A stretch of 64,000 nucleotides of DNA from Candidatus Manganitrophus sp. (GTDB taxonomy: Bacteria > Nitrospirota > Nitrospiria > SBBL01 > Manganitrophaceae), in assembly GCA_028865235.1 (NCBI GenBank), contig CP114563.1, forward strand, positions 10,914 to 74,913, given 5' to 3'. The position numbers were made by a program, and so were the translations under genes. The notes below the pieces were generated by a model, which worked only from the letters and a program-made list of their open reading frames with translations, had not been told where the DNA came from and made no database searches. Numbering within the stretch: position 1 is the first letter of the stretch; each line of letters starts with the position of its first letter. Below are positions 23,975-35,700 of the stretch, piece after piece.

Positions 23975-25462
23975 GCGGATCATGTGTCTTCTGATTCCCG
24001 ATTTTCCGCTCGCGGCCCGAATTCGGTCGGAGCCGGCCCTTTCTCAAAAACCGGTGGCGGTGCTGAAGACGGAAGGAGCGGCTTCTTCCATCATCGCCGT
24101 GAGCGCCGACGCCCGCCGGCGGGGGATCCGGACAGGCCACTCCCTCTCCCAGGCCCGCGCCCTTTTCCGGAGGTCATCGCGAAGCCGCGCGATTGCGCGA
24201 GCGAGCAGTCGGCTCAGGAGGCCCTTCTGGAAGTCGCCTTGGGGCTCTCTCCGATCATCGAGAACGCGGAATCAGGATGTGTTTATCTCGATCTTCGGGG
24301 GGTGCGCGATGAGAGCGCCCTCCTGGAAGAGGCGGTCTCGGCGTCGGCCACGATGGGGCTTCCCGCCCGAGCCGCGGTGGCCGGAGGGAGGGTCACCGCC
24401 CGCATCGCCGCCCGACGCGCGGAGGAAGGACCCGCGATTATTCCCGAGGGGGGAGATGCGGCATTTCTTGCCCCGCTCTCACTGGCGACTCTCTCCCCCC
24501 CTTCCCCCTGCTCGATCGGCTGACCCGTTGGGGGGTGCGAAGCGCGGGGGAGCTGGCAGCCCTTCCGGCGGGAGAAATCGTCCGGCGTTTGGGATCGGAA
24601 GGACTCGCACTTCATCGGATGGCCCGGGGAGAAGATGAGAAGCCGCTGTCGGCCTGGCGGCCGCCGCCGATCCTCTCGGAGCGGGTCGATCTGGAGTGGA
24701 GCATCTGTGAGCTCGAACCCTTTCTTGCCGTCGCCCGCCCGATGATCGAGCGGCTCTCGCGGCGTCTTTCCGCTTCCGGGCTGGCCTGCCGAAGAGTCGA
24801 TCTGGCCCTCGCGCTCGATCCGGAAGGAGAAGAGGGGCGCGCGTTGATGCTGGCCGCGCCGACCACGGAGGTAAAGACGCTGGTGGAGCGGATCTCTCTG
24901 GAGCTCTCCTCCCGCCCCCGAAGGCACCCATCGTCGGAATCGCACTGCGCGCGCACCCGGATCGGGCGCGCCAGATTCAGTTCTCCCTGTTCGGCCCCTC
25001 GACCCCTTCCCCCGATCGGCTCGCAACGGTCATGGCGCGCCTCTCCGTCCTGCTGGGGGCCGACCGGATCGGCGCACCGGGGCTCTGCGATGGCATCCGG
25101 CCCGAGCGCTATCATCTCACAGCGTATGCGCCGCCACCCCCACCCAAAGTCACCCCGATCTTCTCCCCCTTCCCCTGGCGGTCGCGATCCGGGTGCTCCG
25201 TCCGATGATTCCTCTGGTGGTCGAAATCGGGGGAGCGCCGCCGCAGCCGCGCTTCATCAAGACAGAAAGCCGGGAGGGGACGCTTTCTTCTATTGCGGGG
25301 AGTGTACGGATGGCCGCGGGACCCTGGCGGGTGGAAGAGGGATGGTGGTCCGAGGAGGCGGTCGCGCGCGCGTATTGGGATGTCGAGCTCGCCGATGGGG
25401 AGCTCTTCCGGATTTACAGGGATCCAAACGGAAACTGGTTCGCCGACGGAATCTACGATTAG
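23967..25462 (+). CDS. imuB: ImuB inactive Y-family polymerase (frameshifted)
   Basis: AVSADARRRGIR, YLDL, GPWRVEEGWW..RAYWDV..WFADGIYD. Confidence 0.85.
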
Positions 25463-25467
25463 AAAAG

Positions 25468-28400
25468 ATGATCCCACAGGTCGTACAAAGATCGCCCGAC
25501 TATGTCGAGCTGCATGCCGCATCGGCCTTCTCTTTTTGGATGGCGCTTCTTTGCCGGAGGATTTGATCGCGCAGGCGGCCCACCTCGGCCTCCCTCCCTC
25601 GCCTTAGTCGACACCAACGGTCTTTATGGCGCCCCCCGCTTCTATAAAGCGGCAAGGGAGGCCGGAATCCGCCCGCTCGTCGGGGCCGAGATCACTCTTT
25701 CGGAGATTTCCACCCGACCACTCCCCACAAAAAAAGCACGGCCCGTCTCATCCCTCCCCCTGCCCCGTCTCACCCTGCTGGTCGCCTCTCGATTGGGTTA
25801 TCAGAACCTCTGCATGCTGCTGACCGCCGGCGCCTTGGGCCGGGAGAAGGGGAAGTGCGCCGTCACCTGGGAGCAGATCGCCTCCCACACCGAGGGGCTC
25901 TACTGTCTGACCGGGGGGAGGAGGGACCCGTCGCTTGCGCTTTCGCAAACGAGCATCCGCGCGAAGCGATCCGAGAGATCCTCCACCGGCTCTCCGATCT
26001 CTTTCCAGGCCGGCTCTATGTGGAGCTGCAGCGGCATCGCCGGCGGGATCAGGAAGCGCGCAATGGGGTCTTAATCGCCCTTTCGCGGGCGATGGGCCTA
26101 CCGATCATCGCCACCAACGGGGTGCGCTACGCCCGACCTCAGGATAAAGAGCTGTACGATCTCTTCACCTCTATCCGGAGTCACACCCCGCTCGACGCGG
26201 CGAAGGGAATACTGGCGGTCAATCGCGAGCGCCACTTAAAAGACGCTAAAAAGATGCACCGGCTCTTCACCGATCTTCCGGAGGCGCTCTCGGCCACCCT
26301 GGATCTGGCCGGAAGGTTGAACTTCACCCTGGCCGATTTAGGATACCGCTTCCCGGACTACCCTCTTCCTTCCGGGGAGACCACGATCTCTTATCTTCGA
26401 AAGATCACCTGGGAGGGGCGCGCATCCGTTTTCGTCCGCTGACCGCCGCGGCCCAGGCCCAGATCGAGAAGGAGCTGGGGGTGATCGAGAAGCTCGACCT
26501 CGCCGGCTACTTCCTCATCGTCTGGGACATCGTCGAATTCTGCAAGAAGGAGAAGATTCTCGTTCAGGGCCGCGGGCTCCGCCGCCAACAGTGCCGTCTG
26601 CTACGCGCTCTCGATCACCGCGGTCGATCCGGTGAGGATGGAGCTGCTCTTCGAGCGCTTCCTCTCGGAAGAGCGCGGCGAGTGGCCCGACATCGATCTC
26701 GATCTCCCCTCGGGCGATCAGCGCGAGCGGGTGATCCAGTATCTCTACACCAAATATGGGGCGCAGAGCGCGGCGATGACGGCGAACGTGATCACGTATC
26801 GTCCGAAATCGGCCAGTCGCGAAGCGGCGAAGGCGCTCGGCTGCTCGGCCGACCAGGTCGATCGGCTCGCCGGCGCGCTCGGAAATCTCTCGACGGAGGA
26901 GATCCGGCAAAGAACCCGAAGATCCTCGCCGCCTCGGTCGCGGCCTGCGGGCTCGATCCCGCAGCCCCCCGGGTTCTTAAAATGCTCGCGCTCTGGATCC
27001 GGATGCAGAATCTGCCGCGGCATCTGGGCCAGCACTCCGGCGGGATGGTGATCGCGGCCGGAAGGCTCGACCGGGTGGTGCCGCTCGAGCCCGCGTCGAT
27101 GCCGGGCCGGGTCGTCATCCAATGGGACAAGGACGATTGCCACGATCTGGGGATTCTCAAGATCGATCTTCTCGGTCTTGGGATGCTCGCCGCGCTGGAG
27201 GAGGCGATCCCGATGATTAAACGGCACGAAGGGGTCACGGTCGATCTTGCGCATCTACCGGCAGATGATCCGAAGGTCTTCGCGATGATCAGGGCCGCCG
27301 ACACCGTCGGGGTATTTCAGCTGGAGAGCCGCGCACAGATGGCAACCCTTCCCCGCCATGCTCCCCACTGCTTTTACGATATCGTCGTGCAGGTCGGCAT
27401 TATTCGGCCCGGACCGGTCGTCGGCGGGATGGTCCATCCCTTCTTCGATCGAAGGCGCGGCATCGCCCCGGTGACCTACCCGCATCCGTCGCTGGAGCCG
27501 ATCTTGAAGCGCACCCTGGGCGTTCCCCTCTTTCAGGAGCAGGTGCTTCGGATGGCGATGGTCGTGGCCGGTTTTACCGGCGGGCAAGCGGAGGAGCTGC
27601 GCCGGGCGATGGGCTTTAAACGCTCGTTCGAGCGGATGGAGGTCATCGAGAAGCGTCTACGCGAGGGGATGCTCGCGAAAGGGATCGACAAGAAGGTCCA
27701 CGAGGGGATCGCGAAGATGATTACCGCGTTTGCCGCCTACGGCTTTCCGGAGTCCCACGCCGCATCGTTCGCATTGATCGCCTACGCGAGCGCGTATCTT
27801 CGCGCGCACCATCCAGCGGCTTTCTATGCTTCGCTGCTGAACGCCTGGCCGATGGGATTCTATCACCCGGCGACGTTGGTCAAGGATGCCCAGCGCCGTG
27901 ATGTGGCGATTCACCCGATCGATGTGAACCGGTCGGGATGGGGCTGCCGCTGGGAAGGGACGAAAGAGAAGCAGGGGGTTCGGATCGGACTGCGCTACGT
28001 GAAGGGACTGCGCGAGATCGTCGGAAGAAAGATCGAGGTGAAGCAGGACTACACCCTCTTCCGGAACCTTCAGGATCTCTCCCGCCGGTGCGGCCTGCGG
28101 GAAGACGAGCTCGATCGTCTGGCGGAGGCGGGAGCGCTCGCCGGATTTGGCCTGACCCGAAGATCGGCCCTCTGGCAGGTGGCCAAGGTGGCCCGGCCGC
28201 TGGGGCCGCTGTTTAATGAATGCTCGGAGGAGGATCCCTCCCCGCTCTCCGAGATGACCCCCTTCGAGGAGACCCTCGCCGACTATCGGAGCGCTCAGAT
28301 GACGGCGGGTCCCCATCTGATCGCTTACGCCCGAGAGTGGCTCACCTCCAAAGGGGTCAAATCAGCCGCGGAGCTCTCCCGCCTCCCAGACGGCCGGCGT

Positions 28401-28668
28401 GTCCGGGCGGCGGGGGCGGTGATCGTGCGCCAGCGGCCCCAGACGGCGAAAGGGTTTGTCTTCTTAACGTTAGGAGGACGAGAGCGGGATGGCGCAGGCA
28501 ATCATCCGGCCGGATCTGTTTCGACAATACCGCACGGTGATTCTCTCATCTCCCGCGCTGATCGTGGAGGGAATCCTGCAGAACGCCGACGGGACCCTCT
28601 CGGTCCGGGCCGTCCGCATCTGGCCGCTGAAAGTGGCCGGCGAGATCCCCAGTCACGATTTTCATTAG
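25468..28668 (+). CDS. dnaE2: Error-prone DNA polymerase DnaE2/ImuC (frameshifted)
   Basis: YVELHAASAFSF, PDIDLD, PRHLGQHSGG, YGFPESHAASFA, C-terminal SHDFH. Confidence 0.95.
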
Positions 28669-28737
28669 ATCGCGGAGCATCGCAACACCGCCGCTTACCA
28701 GGAAAAACAGATTTATCTAAAGTTGAAGGCCTTCTAC

Positions 28738-29115
28738 ATGAGCAAGCGAATCCTGGTCATCGAAAACGATCCGTTTATTCTGGAGTTGCTGACCGATCTG
28801 ATGACGCGATTCGGGTATTCTGTCGAGGGGGCGCCGTCCGGATCGGAAGCGCTCACCAAGCTCGCTGACGACGAATTCGATGGCATCCTGCTCGATATTC
28901 ATCTATACGATATGGATGGAAGAGGGGTTTATCAAAAAATAAAGGATCGCTCATTCGATCTGGCCCGAAGAACCGTTTTCGTGACGGGAGATCTGGCCAA
29001 TCCGCAAACCGCGTCGTTTATCCGGGAGACGGGCAACCTCTGCCTTCAGAAACCCTTTACCGTGATGGAACTAAAAGCGATTTTAAAGCGATCCTTTGAG
29101 GAGAAAAACCAATGA
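28738..29115 (+). CDS. Single-domain response regulator
   Basis: ILVIEND, LLDIHL, FVTG, LQKPF. Confidence 0.85.
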   Translation: MSKRILVIENDPFILELLTDLMTRFGYSVEGAPSGSEALTKLADDEFDGILLDIHLYDMDGRGVYQKIKDRSFDLARRTVFVTGDLANPQTASFIRETGNLCLQKPFTVMELKAILKRSFEEKNQ

Positions 29116-29714
29116 GTCAGCTCCGTGCAGACCATCCGAGGAAGCTTGCAGCTTATCTTCTCCTCTTTATACTGGTACCGATTCCGCTCTCTTCTCTTCT
29201 CCTCCCCGATGCGGTGGAATCGGCGACGATCGAGGTCTGCTTCACGCCGGGGGATGATTGCACCGGCCGAATCGTCCGTGCCATCAATACGGCGCAAAGC
29301 GCGATTCTAATTCAAGCTTACTCCTTCACCTCCGCTCCGATCGCCAAAGCCCTGGTCACTGCCCATAAGCGAGGGGTGCGCGTGGAAGTCATCCTGGATA
29401 AAAGCCAGCGCAAAGAGAAGTACACTTCCGCGGATTTTATCGCCCACGCCGGCATACCCACCTTCATCGATTCGGAGCATGCGATCGCCCATAACAAGAT
29501 CCTCATTCTTGATGCGACGAAGGTCATCACCGGCTCTTTTAATTTCTCAAAGGCCGCGCAGCAGAAAAACGCGGAGAACCTCCTCGTGATTCAGGACGCT
29601 GCGCTCGCCAAAGAGTATATGGAGAACTGGCGGCTTCACCGATCGCACTCGGAACGTTATCGGGGGGAAATAAAGCACGCCCGGATCCGGAACGGAAAAG
29701 GGAAATTTCTCTAA
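29112..29714 (+). CDS. Exported PLD-family (Nuc-like) endonuclease
   Basis: N-terminal hydrophobic segment, AYSFTS, HNKILILD, TGSFNFS..NAEN. Confidence 0.9.
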   Translation: MSQLRADHPRKLAAYLLLFILVPIPLSSLLLPDAVESATIEVCFTPGDDCTGRIVRAINTAQSAILIQAYSFTSAPIAKALVTAHKRGVRVEVILDKSQRKEKYTSADFIAHAGIPTFIDSEHAIAHNKILILDATKVITGSFNFSKAAQQKNAENLLVIQDAALAKEYMENWRLHRSHSERYRGEIKHARIRNGKGKFL

Positions 29715-30440
29715 TTGACCGGAGAGGTCGGCGGCCTCAGGACATACGTCTTCGCGGAGGGCGGCGCCGGCGGTATATTCTCCGAGAATGGGACGATGCA
29801 ATCCGGCGTCTCATTACGGGCGGAATTGACGATCGATGAGACGGAGTAGGCTTCCATTTCCGCTTCAGGATAGGGGCCGATGAGTTTTAATAGTTGATCG
29901 ACCTTGGCGTCTGGATCCAGCCAGATCTCCTCATCTTCCGGCTTCAGGATGACCGGCATGCGATCGTGAATCGGCTTCAGAAGATCACTGGCGGAAGTGG
30001 TCACAATTGAAAAGAGTTTATCTCTTTTCCTCCGGATCCACCCACCGATCCCACACACCCGCGAAAGCGAAGGGCTCACGGGATTTGAGCGTGATGCGAT
30101 AAGGGGTTTTGCTTTTTCCTTCTTTCTTCCACTCATAGAATCCATCGGAAGCGACCAAGCAGCGGCTCTTCTGAAACGGCCGCCTGAAGCTTGGCTTCTC
30201 ATGGACCGTCTCGCCCCGCGCATTGATCATCTTATAGCCGATGGCGGGATCTTTCGCCCAGGAGGGAATCAGGCCCCAGCGATAGAGCTGAATCGATCGC
30301 TCTCCATGATCCACGATGACAGGAACCTGTTGCGTGGGAGAGATATTGTATCTGGGTCTGAAGTCTTCCGGGAAATTCTTGGCTTTAAATCGCTCCTGAA
30401 GCTTCTCGATGGGATGGGTTTCGGAATAGCGTCCGCATAT
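29711..30440 (-). CDS. SRAP/YedK abasic-site protein (frameshifted; start reads ATA-TGC-GGA-CGC)
   Basis: CGRY, WGLIPSW, INARGET, GFYEWK, IHDRMPVIL. Confidence 0.9.
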
Positions 30441-30897
30441 TGGTATCTCCTCTCTGTATAGAGAATTTTATCATAGAGGTGGCAACATCATTCCACATCT
30501 TTTAGGAATTTTACTTTTGGGAAGCGAATATGGCAAGGTCCTTGGAACAAGCGATATCGAGATTCAAAAGTAAGATTTAGGAAATAAGAAAGCCACCTGA
30601 CAAGTAATCGGAGGAAGGGCTTTAGACTAAACATGACGCGGAAGTCGGCTTCCACACTATAACCATTTTCAAAAACCGGAACATGTCGAAAAATTGATTT
30701 TACTACGGTTATCGAAGATGCAGACCCGATGTTGATGATCACAGAGGAAATACTTCATAAATATATATTATATGACGTTAATAATTTATGCTCTTCATAA
30801 ACGAGGACTCATGTATTGGCACCATCAGATGATGAAAGAGCCTTGTTGAACAAGCTGATTATCAATGGTACAGGTTAAAATCCATCACTGAAATAAT

Positions 30898-31620
30898 TCA
30901 GATAAAGATTCCGAGTTCCCGTCTAAAAGCATCAATGGAACCCCAGATTTTTCGGATATTACTTAACAACGATCGGGCTATACCGATCTGTTGGAGTCGA
31001 GTGGTTGTCGGATGAAATCCCAAAGATCGAACGATCATGTTATACCGTTCAATACAAATGCGCTTCTTGCCGGAGATTTTCAGCTTTTTTAGTCGGGTAT
31101 CGCTAATCTTATAATGCCTAAGAAGACGATAGAGGCTCGAAATGGTGATCTTATTTGCTCTCGCAACCGCTCTAAGGGAGATAAAATGTTCGTAATCCTC
31201 CAGAATTTTTCGTTTTGATACCTCCGTCTTCCTGGGGGGCGTGTATTCGAAGAGTCCAATCTGGACTCCTCTTTTCAGCAGTTGACGGACTCTCTCACGG
31301 CTAAGGCCAAGTTCGACCCCAACCGCTTCAAGTGATCCTTTCAACTGGTAGAGACGATGAACTTCCCGGAGCCTTTTGACCCGCTCTCGCCTTCGGCGCA
31401 CGGAACTATTCTCTCTACTTTCCTCCAAAATTGGACCAATCTTCCTTTTGGTAAGATCGGAAATCGGTTGCCCTCTGAGTATCTTCTCAATGGTCGAAGG
31501 GGCAAGTCCTAATTGAGAAGCAATTTTTAGTATATCGACAGGAGTGCTGGTCCTTTCTCGGAGAAGTAAAGCAATTCGACGGTCGGATTTGACGGAGGCC
31601 GACTTTCTACTAAATGGCAT
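30898..31620 (-). CDS. Basic multi-HTH DNA-binding protein
   Basis: IASQLGLAPSTIEKI, SLEAVGVELGLSRERVRQ (sigma4-like), SLRAVARAN. Confidence 0.65.
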   Translation of the reverse strand: MPFSRKSASVKSDRRIALLLRERTSTPVDILKIASQLGLAPSTIEKILRGQPISDLTKRKIGPILEESRENSSVRRRRERVKRLREVHRLYQLKGSLEAVGVELGLSRERVRQLLKRGVQIGLFEYTPPRKTEVSKRKILEDYEHFISLRAVARANKITISSLYRLLRHYKISDTRLKKLKISGKKRICIERYNMIVRSLGFHPTTTRLQQIGIARSLLSNIRKIWGSIDAFRRELGIFI

Positions 31621-32133
31621 GCGTTGTCTTATCTCCGGTAAGTGGTCGATACTATAATCCAGTAAAGCATTTTATAACAGGTGGTAGTTTGGATCAAATA
31701 AAGAAGTCGTATGACTCATTCTCGGTATTCACTCGGATCGAAGTCCTGCTGGGAAGTCAATCTTTGCTTGTCTCATATTTCCGCCGGATTCAAATAGGCG
31801 ATCCCTCAGAATCTTAGCCGCTTTCTCCCTACGATGCCGTTTTATCCTTCGTCCGCCCCGCTGCTCGCTATAACGATTGGGTTAGCTGAGTTGAACCAAT
31901 CGTCCAGTAACTGACTATTAATTAGGCAAAACGTGGGCATCTCGGCAGCCGACAATGCGGCGCACAAATTGACCCGTCGAATCATTTCATCTCCTTCAAA
32001 ATGGAGACTCGATGTAATATGCGGTTAAGGGGTCAAGCGTTGCCCTTCAAAAACCCTTAAAAGGGCCATGCTTGGCGGGCATACGAAACTCAAATAGGAT
32101 ATCAGAGTTCTTTTTGGAACTGGCCGATCATCC

Positions 32134-32162
32134 TTGACATAATCTTAGCAAACTAGTATTCT
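32134..32162 (+). promoter_or_regulatory. sigma70 promoter of the leader-cusCBA unit
   Basis: TTGACA-N17-TATTCT. Confidence 0.7.
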
Positions 32163-32187
32163 TTCAAAAAACAAACCTGGGAACACG

Positions 32188-32561
32188 ATGCTTTTCAGCA
32201 AGAAAGCAACCTACATCACGCTTATTATCCTGGCTTTCTCCTTTCTAACACTCTCCCTCGCCAGTGCCTGTATGGTTCCCGATTGGGCACCGAAAGCCGA
32301 CGATTGCTGCGTCCTGCCGTGCAAAACAGTTTCCTCGCCGGAGATGGCGAAAAGTTTCTGCAATCTATCCGATCAGCAACGCTCCCTTCATGCAGGACCC
32401 CAGCTTCATGCGCCGGCCATTCTCGTGGAGGATGGACTTGCTCTGATAGCACGATCCTGTAAAGCGTCCCCCCTGTTTTTTCGTCCGTACTGAACTCAGA
32501 TCATCCCATACAACAACCCCCAGGGGATCTCTTCATCCTCCACCGTACCCTTCTGCTTTAA
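32188..32561 (+). CDS. Cys-rich exported leader protein upstream of cusC (frameshifted; ends DLFILHRTLLL)
   Basis: Signal peptide, ACMVPDWAP..DCCVLPC..FC; close paralog at 53537-53937. Confidence 0.65.
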
Positions 32562-32670
32562 ACCAGTCCTCCAAATCTAATTACAGTTGATCGCGCTCGT
32601 TTCTGGAAAAAAACGTGCGCAATTGTTCGTCTTATTTTTCACCCCTATATATCTGCTGGAGTGGTCTACG

Positions 32671-33932
32671 ATGAAACGACTTCTCTTGCCCCTTATTCTC
32701 CTCATCGGCACTGTTGGGGCGCCGGTCGGTGCTTTCGGCGCCGAAGAGGAATCTTCCGAAACGCTCAGTTTGGAGGAGGTTCTTCAACAGGTTGCCGAAA
32801 GGAACCCAGAAATTGCAGCGGCACGAAGACAAGTGGACGCAGCGGAAGAGCGAATTCCACAGGCCCGCGCCTTCGACGATCCCCAATTCGGCATCACCCG
32901 CTGGTCGAATTTCCTGCAAATTTCAACATCTTCAAAGCCAATGAGACCTGGTACTCGCTCTCCCAGAATTTTCCTTTCTTCGGAAAGAGGGATCTTCGCG
33001 GCAAAGTCGCCGAGATGGAAAGCAGAATGACAAATGAGGAGTTTCGGGCGGTGGAGAGAAGGATCATTGCCCAAGCCAAGCAGGCCTACTACGACCTCTT
33101 TTTTGCGCACAAGGCGCTCGACATTCATCATGAACAGGTGGAGCTGGCTCGAAGGTTTTCAAAAATCGCCCGAGAGAAATTTGCCGTGGGGGAGGCCGGT
33201 CAGCAGGATCTCGTTCGCGCCCAGGTGGAGCTGCTCAATCTCTCCAATATTCTGATTACCCTGGAGCAGGAACGGGAGACAGCGGTGGCGCGGCTCAATG
33301 TCCTCTTGAATCGACCGGCGGCCTCTTCGCTCAGCGCTCCGGAAACGCCCACCGTCCCGCCGTTTGAACCTTCATTAGAGGCATTGCAGAAAGAGGCAGA
33401 AGAAAAGCGTCCCGAAAATCGAATGCGAGCGCTCGCGATTCAACGGGGCGAGGAGGCGGTGAAGCTGGCAAAGCGGGATCGCCTGCCCGATTTTATGGCA
33501 GAAGTGGCATTCATGGACATGCACAACCAACCGCACAATGCTTGGATGGCCACCGTTCGAATCAACATTCCCTGGGTCAACAAGAAAAAATACGATGCCC
33601 GCATTCGAGAGAACGAAGCGGAGCGGGAACGCGCCGAGGCGGTTTATCGCGCCGCCCTCAATGACACGCAGTTTCGGGTCAAAGATCTCTTCTTTCGGTT
33701 CCAGACAGGCAGGAGGCTTGTAACGCTTTATGAAGAGGGGGTCTTGCCTTTGGCCAGGCTCTCTCTGGAGGCTGCGACCGTTGGGTATCAGACGAGAAAA
33801 AACGATTTCTTAACGCTCATCGAGGCGCAGCAGAACTTAAGAGAGTTGGAACTCACCTATTTTAACGCTCTGGTCGATACGAACAAGAGTCTGGCGGAAC
33901 TCGAAGAGACGCTTGGGAGAGCGTTTCAGTGA
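32671..33932 (+). CDS. cusC: TolC/CusC outer-membrane channel (one frameshift)
   Basis: RNPEIAA, SQNFPFFGK, LPDF; precedes MFP and RND. Confidence 0.88.
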
Positions 33933-33991
33933 TAAAGAGATCATCAAAGATTATAAAAGGCTACATAAGGATAACGACATAAGGAGACACG

Positions 33992-35692
33992 ATGATGAAA
34001 AAGTTACAAAAAATAGGGGTGAAGAAAATCACCGCTTTGCTCGTCACCATTTCGCTCTTTGCTTTCATCTCCTTCTGGATGGCCCGCCGTCCGGCAATGG
34101 GGGTCACGGAGACAGAGCAAGCGATGAAAGAGATGGAGGGGATGCCCGGCATGGAGGGGATGGAAATGGGGATCAATGAAACCGGCCAGGCCACAACGAT
34201 GCTCACCCCCCAAAAGAAGAAGCTCATCGGGGTTAAAGTGGCCGAAGTTAAAGAAGAGCCGGCCGAGAAGATCGTACGAGCCGTCGGCCGGGTGGCCTAC
34301 GACGAACGGAAATTATCGCTCGTCAACTTGAGGATCGAGGGCTGGATTCAGGATCTTTTTGTCAACTTTACAGGCCAAGAGGTAAAGAAAGGCGAGCCGC
34401 TCTTCACCCTCTACTCGCCCGATCTTCTATCGACACAGCAGGAGTATCTTCTGGCCAGAAGAAGCCGGGAGAGATTTAAGGCAAGTCCGATCGCGGATGT
34501 GCGTGAGACCGGAGAGACGCTGCTCGCGTCGGCCCGAAGAAGGCTCCTCCTCTGGGGTATTACCGAGGAGCAGATTCAGAAGCTGGAGGAGCGGAGCGAG
34601 CCCGAGACCGCGATGACGATCTACTCACCGATCAATGGGGTGGTCATCAAAAAAGAGGGAACCAAAGGAATGCGGGTCACACCCGACATGACCCTCTACG
34701 AAATTGCCGATCTTTCGACCGTGTGGGTCTTTGCCGATGTCTATGAGCACGAGCTCTCCTATATCAAAAAAGGGGAGGAGGCCAATATCACGGTGGCAGC
34801 CTATCCCGGAGAGCAATTCCGCGGGAAGGTCACTTTCATCGATCCTTTTTTAAATCCCCAGACGCGGACCGTTCGTGTCAGACTGGAATTTCCGAATCCA
34901 GACTTCAAGCTCAAGCCGGAGATGTTTGCCGAGGTGGAGCTGAAGGCCTCCCTCGGAAAGGCCCTTTTGATTCCGGAGTCGGCCGTGCTCGATTCTGGCC
35001 TCCGTAAAATCGTATTCATCGATAAAGGGATGGAGATGTACGAGCCGAAGGAGATCAAAGCGCGGCGGATCGACAATCACTACATTGTCCAGGAGGGGCT
35101 CTCGGCCGGAGACAAAATCGTCACGTCGGCCACGTTCCTGATCGACTCCGAGAGCAAGCTGATGGCTTCCTCCAACATGATGGGGGCGCTCGGCATGGCC
35201 GGCATCAAAATGGAGCAGGCCCAGATGGGTGAGATGGACATGGAGATGAACGGAATGGAAAAAGGCGGAAAGAAGGAAGAGGCTCCGAAGGGTCCACAGA
35301 CCAAGAAAGCAGGTGATCTGACATTGACCTTGTCGACGGAGCCGACCCCGCCCCGAGACGGAGAGAATCTCCTTCGTCTAAAGGTCACCGATGCTTCCGG
35401 AAAGCCGGTCGAGAATGCGAAGGTGATCTTTTCCTACACCATGCCGATGCCCGGGATGAAGGCGGTCAAGGCGCCTGCGGCGTTTAAAAATGGACAGTAT
35501 GAAGGAAAGGCGAAGTTCGGCATGGCGGGAACGTGGGAAGTCACTGTTCTGGTTACCCCTTCGGGTAAAAAGAAGTTCAGGAGACATTTACGCTGGAGAC
35601 AGGGGACGACATGGAAGGAATGGAAGGGATGCCGGGAATGTAAGGCCTCATCGGGGCGGGTCACCCCGCCTCGATCCATAAAACCCACTTAG
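33992..35692 (+). CDS. cusB: CusB adaptor with Met-rich linkers and C-terminal YtkA/FixH-like domain
   Basis: YSPDLLSTQQEYL, ADLSTVWV, FLIDSES, YTMPMPGM..MAGTWEV; probable frameshift near the end. Confidence 0.9.
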   Translation: MMKKLQKIGVKKITALLVTISLFAFISFWMARRPAMGVTETEQAMKEMEGMPGMEGMEMGINETGQATTMLTPQKKKLIGVKVAEVKEEPAEKIVRAVGRVAYDERKLSLVNLRIEGWIQDLFVNFTGQEVKKGEPLFTLYSPDLLSTQQEYLLARRSRERFKASPIADVRETGETLLASARRRLLLWGITEEQIQKLEERSEPETAMTIYSPINGVVIKKEGTKGMRVTPDMTLYEIADLSTVWVFADVYEHELSYIKKGEEANITVAAYPGEQFRGKVTFIDPFLNPQTRTVRVRLEFPNPDFKLKPEMFAEVELKASLGKALLIPESAVLDSGLRKIVFIDKGMEMYEPKEIKARRIDNHYIVQEGLSAGDKIVTSATFLIDSESKLMASSNMMGALGMAGIKMEQAQMGEMDMEMNGMEKGGKKEEAPKGPQTKKAGDLTLTLSTEPTPPRDGENLLRLKVTDASGKPVENAKVIFSYTMPMPGMKAVKAPAAFKNGQYEGKAKFGMAGTWEVTVLVTPSGKKKFRRHLRWRQGTTWKEWKGCRECKASSGRVTPPRSIKPT

Positions 35693-35700
35693 GACCCTAT

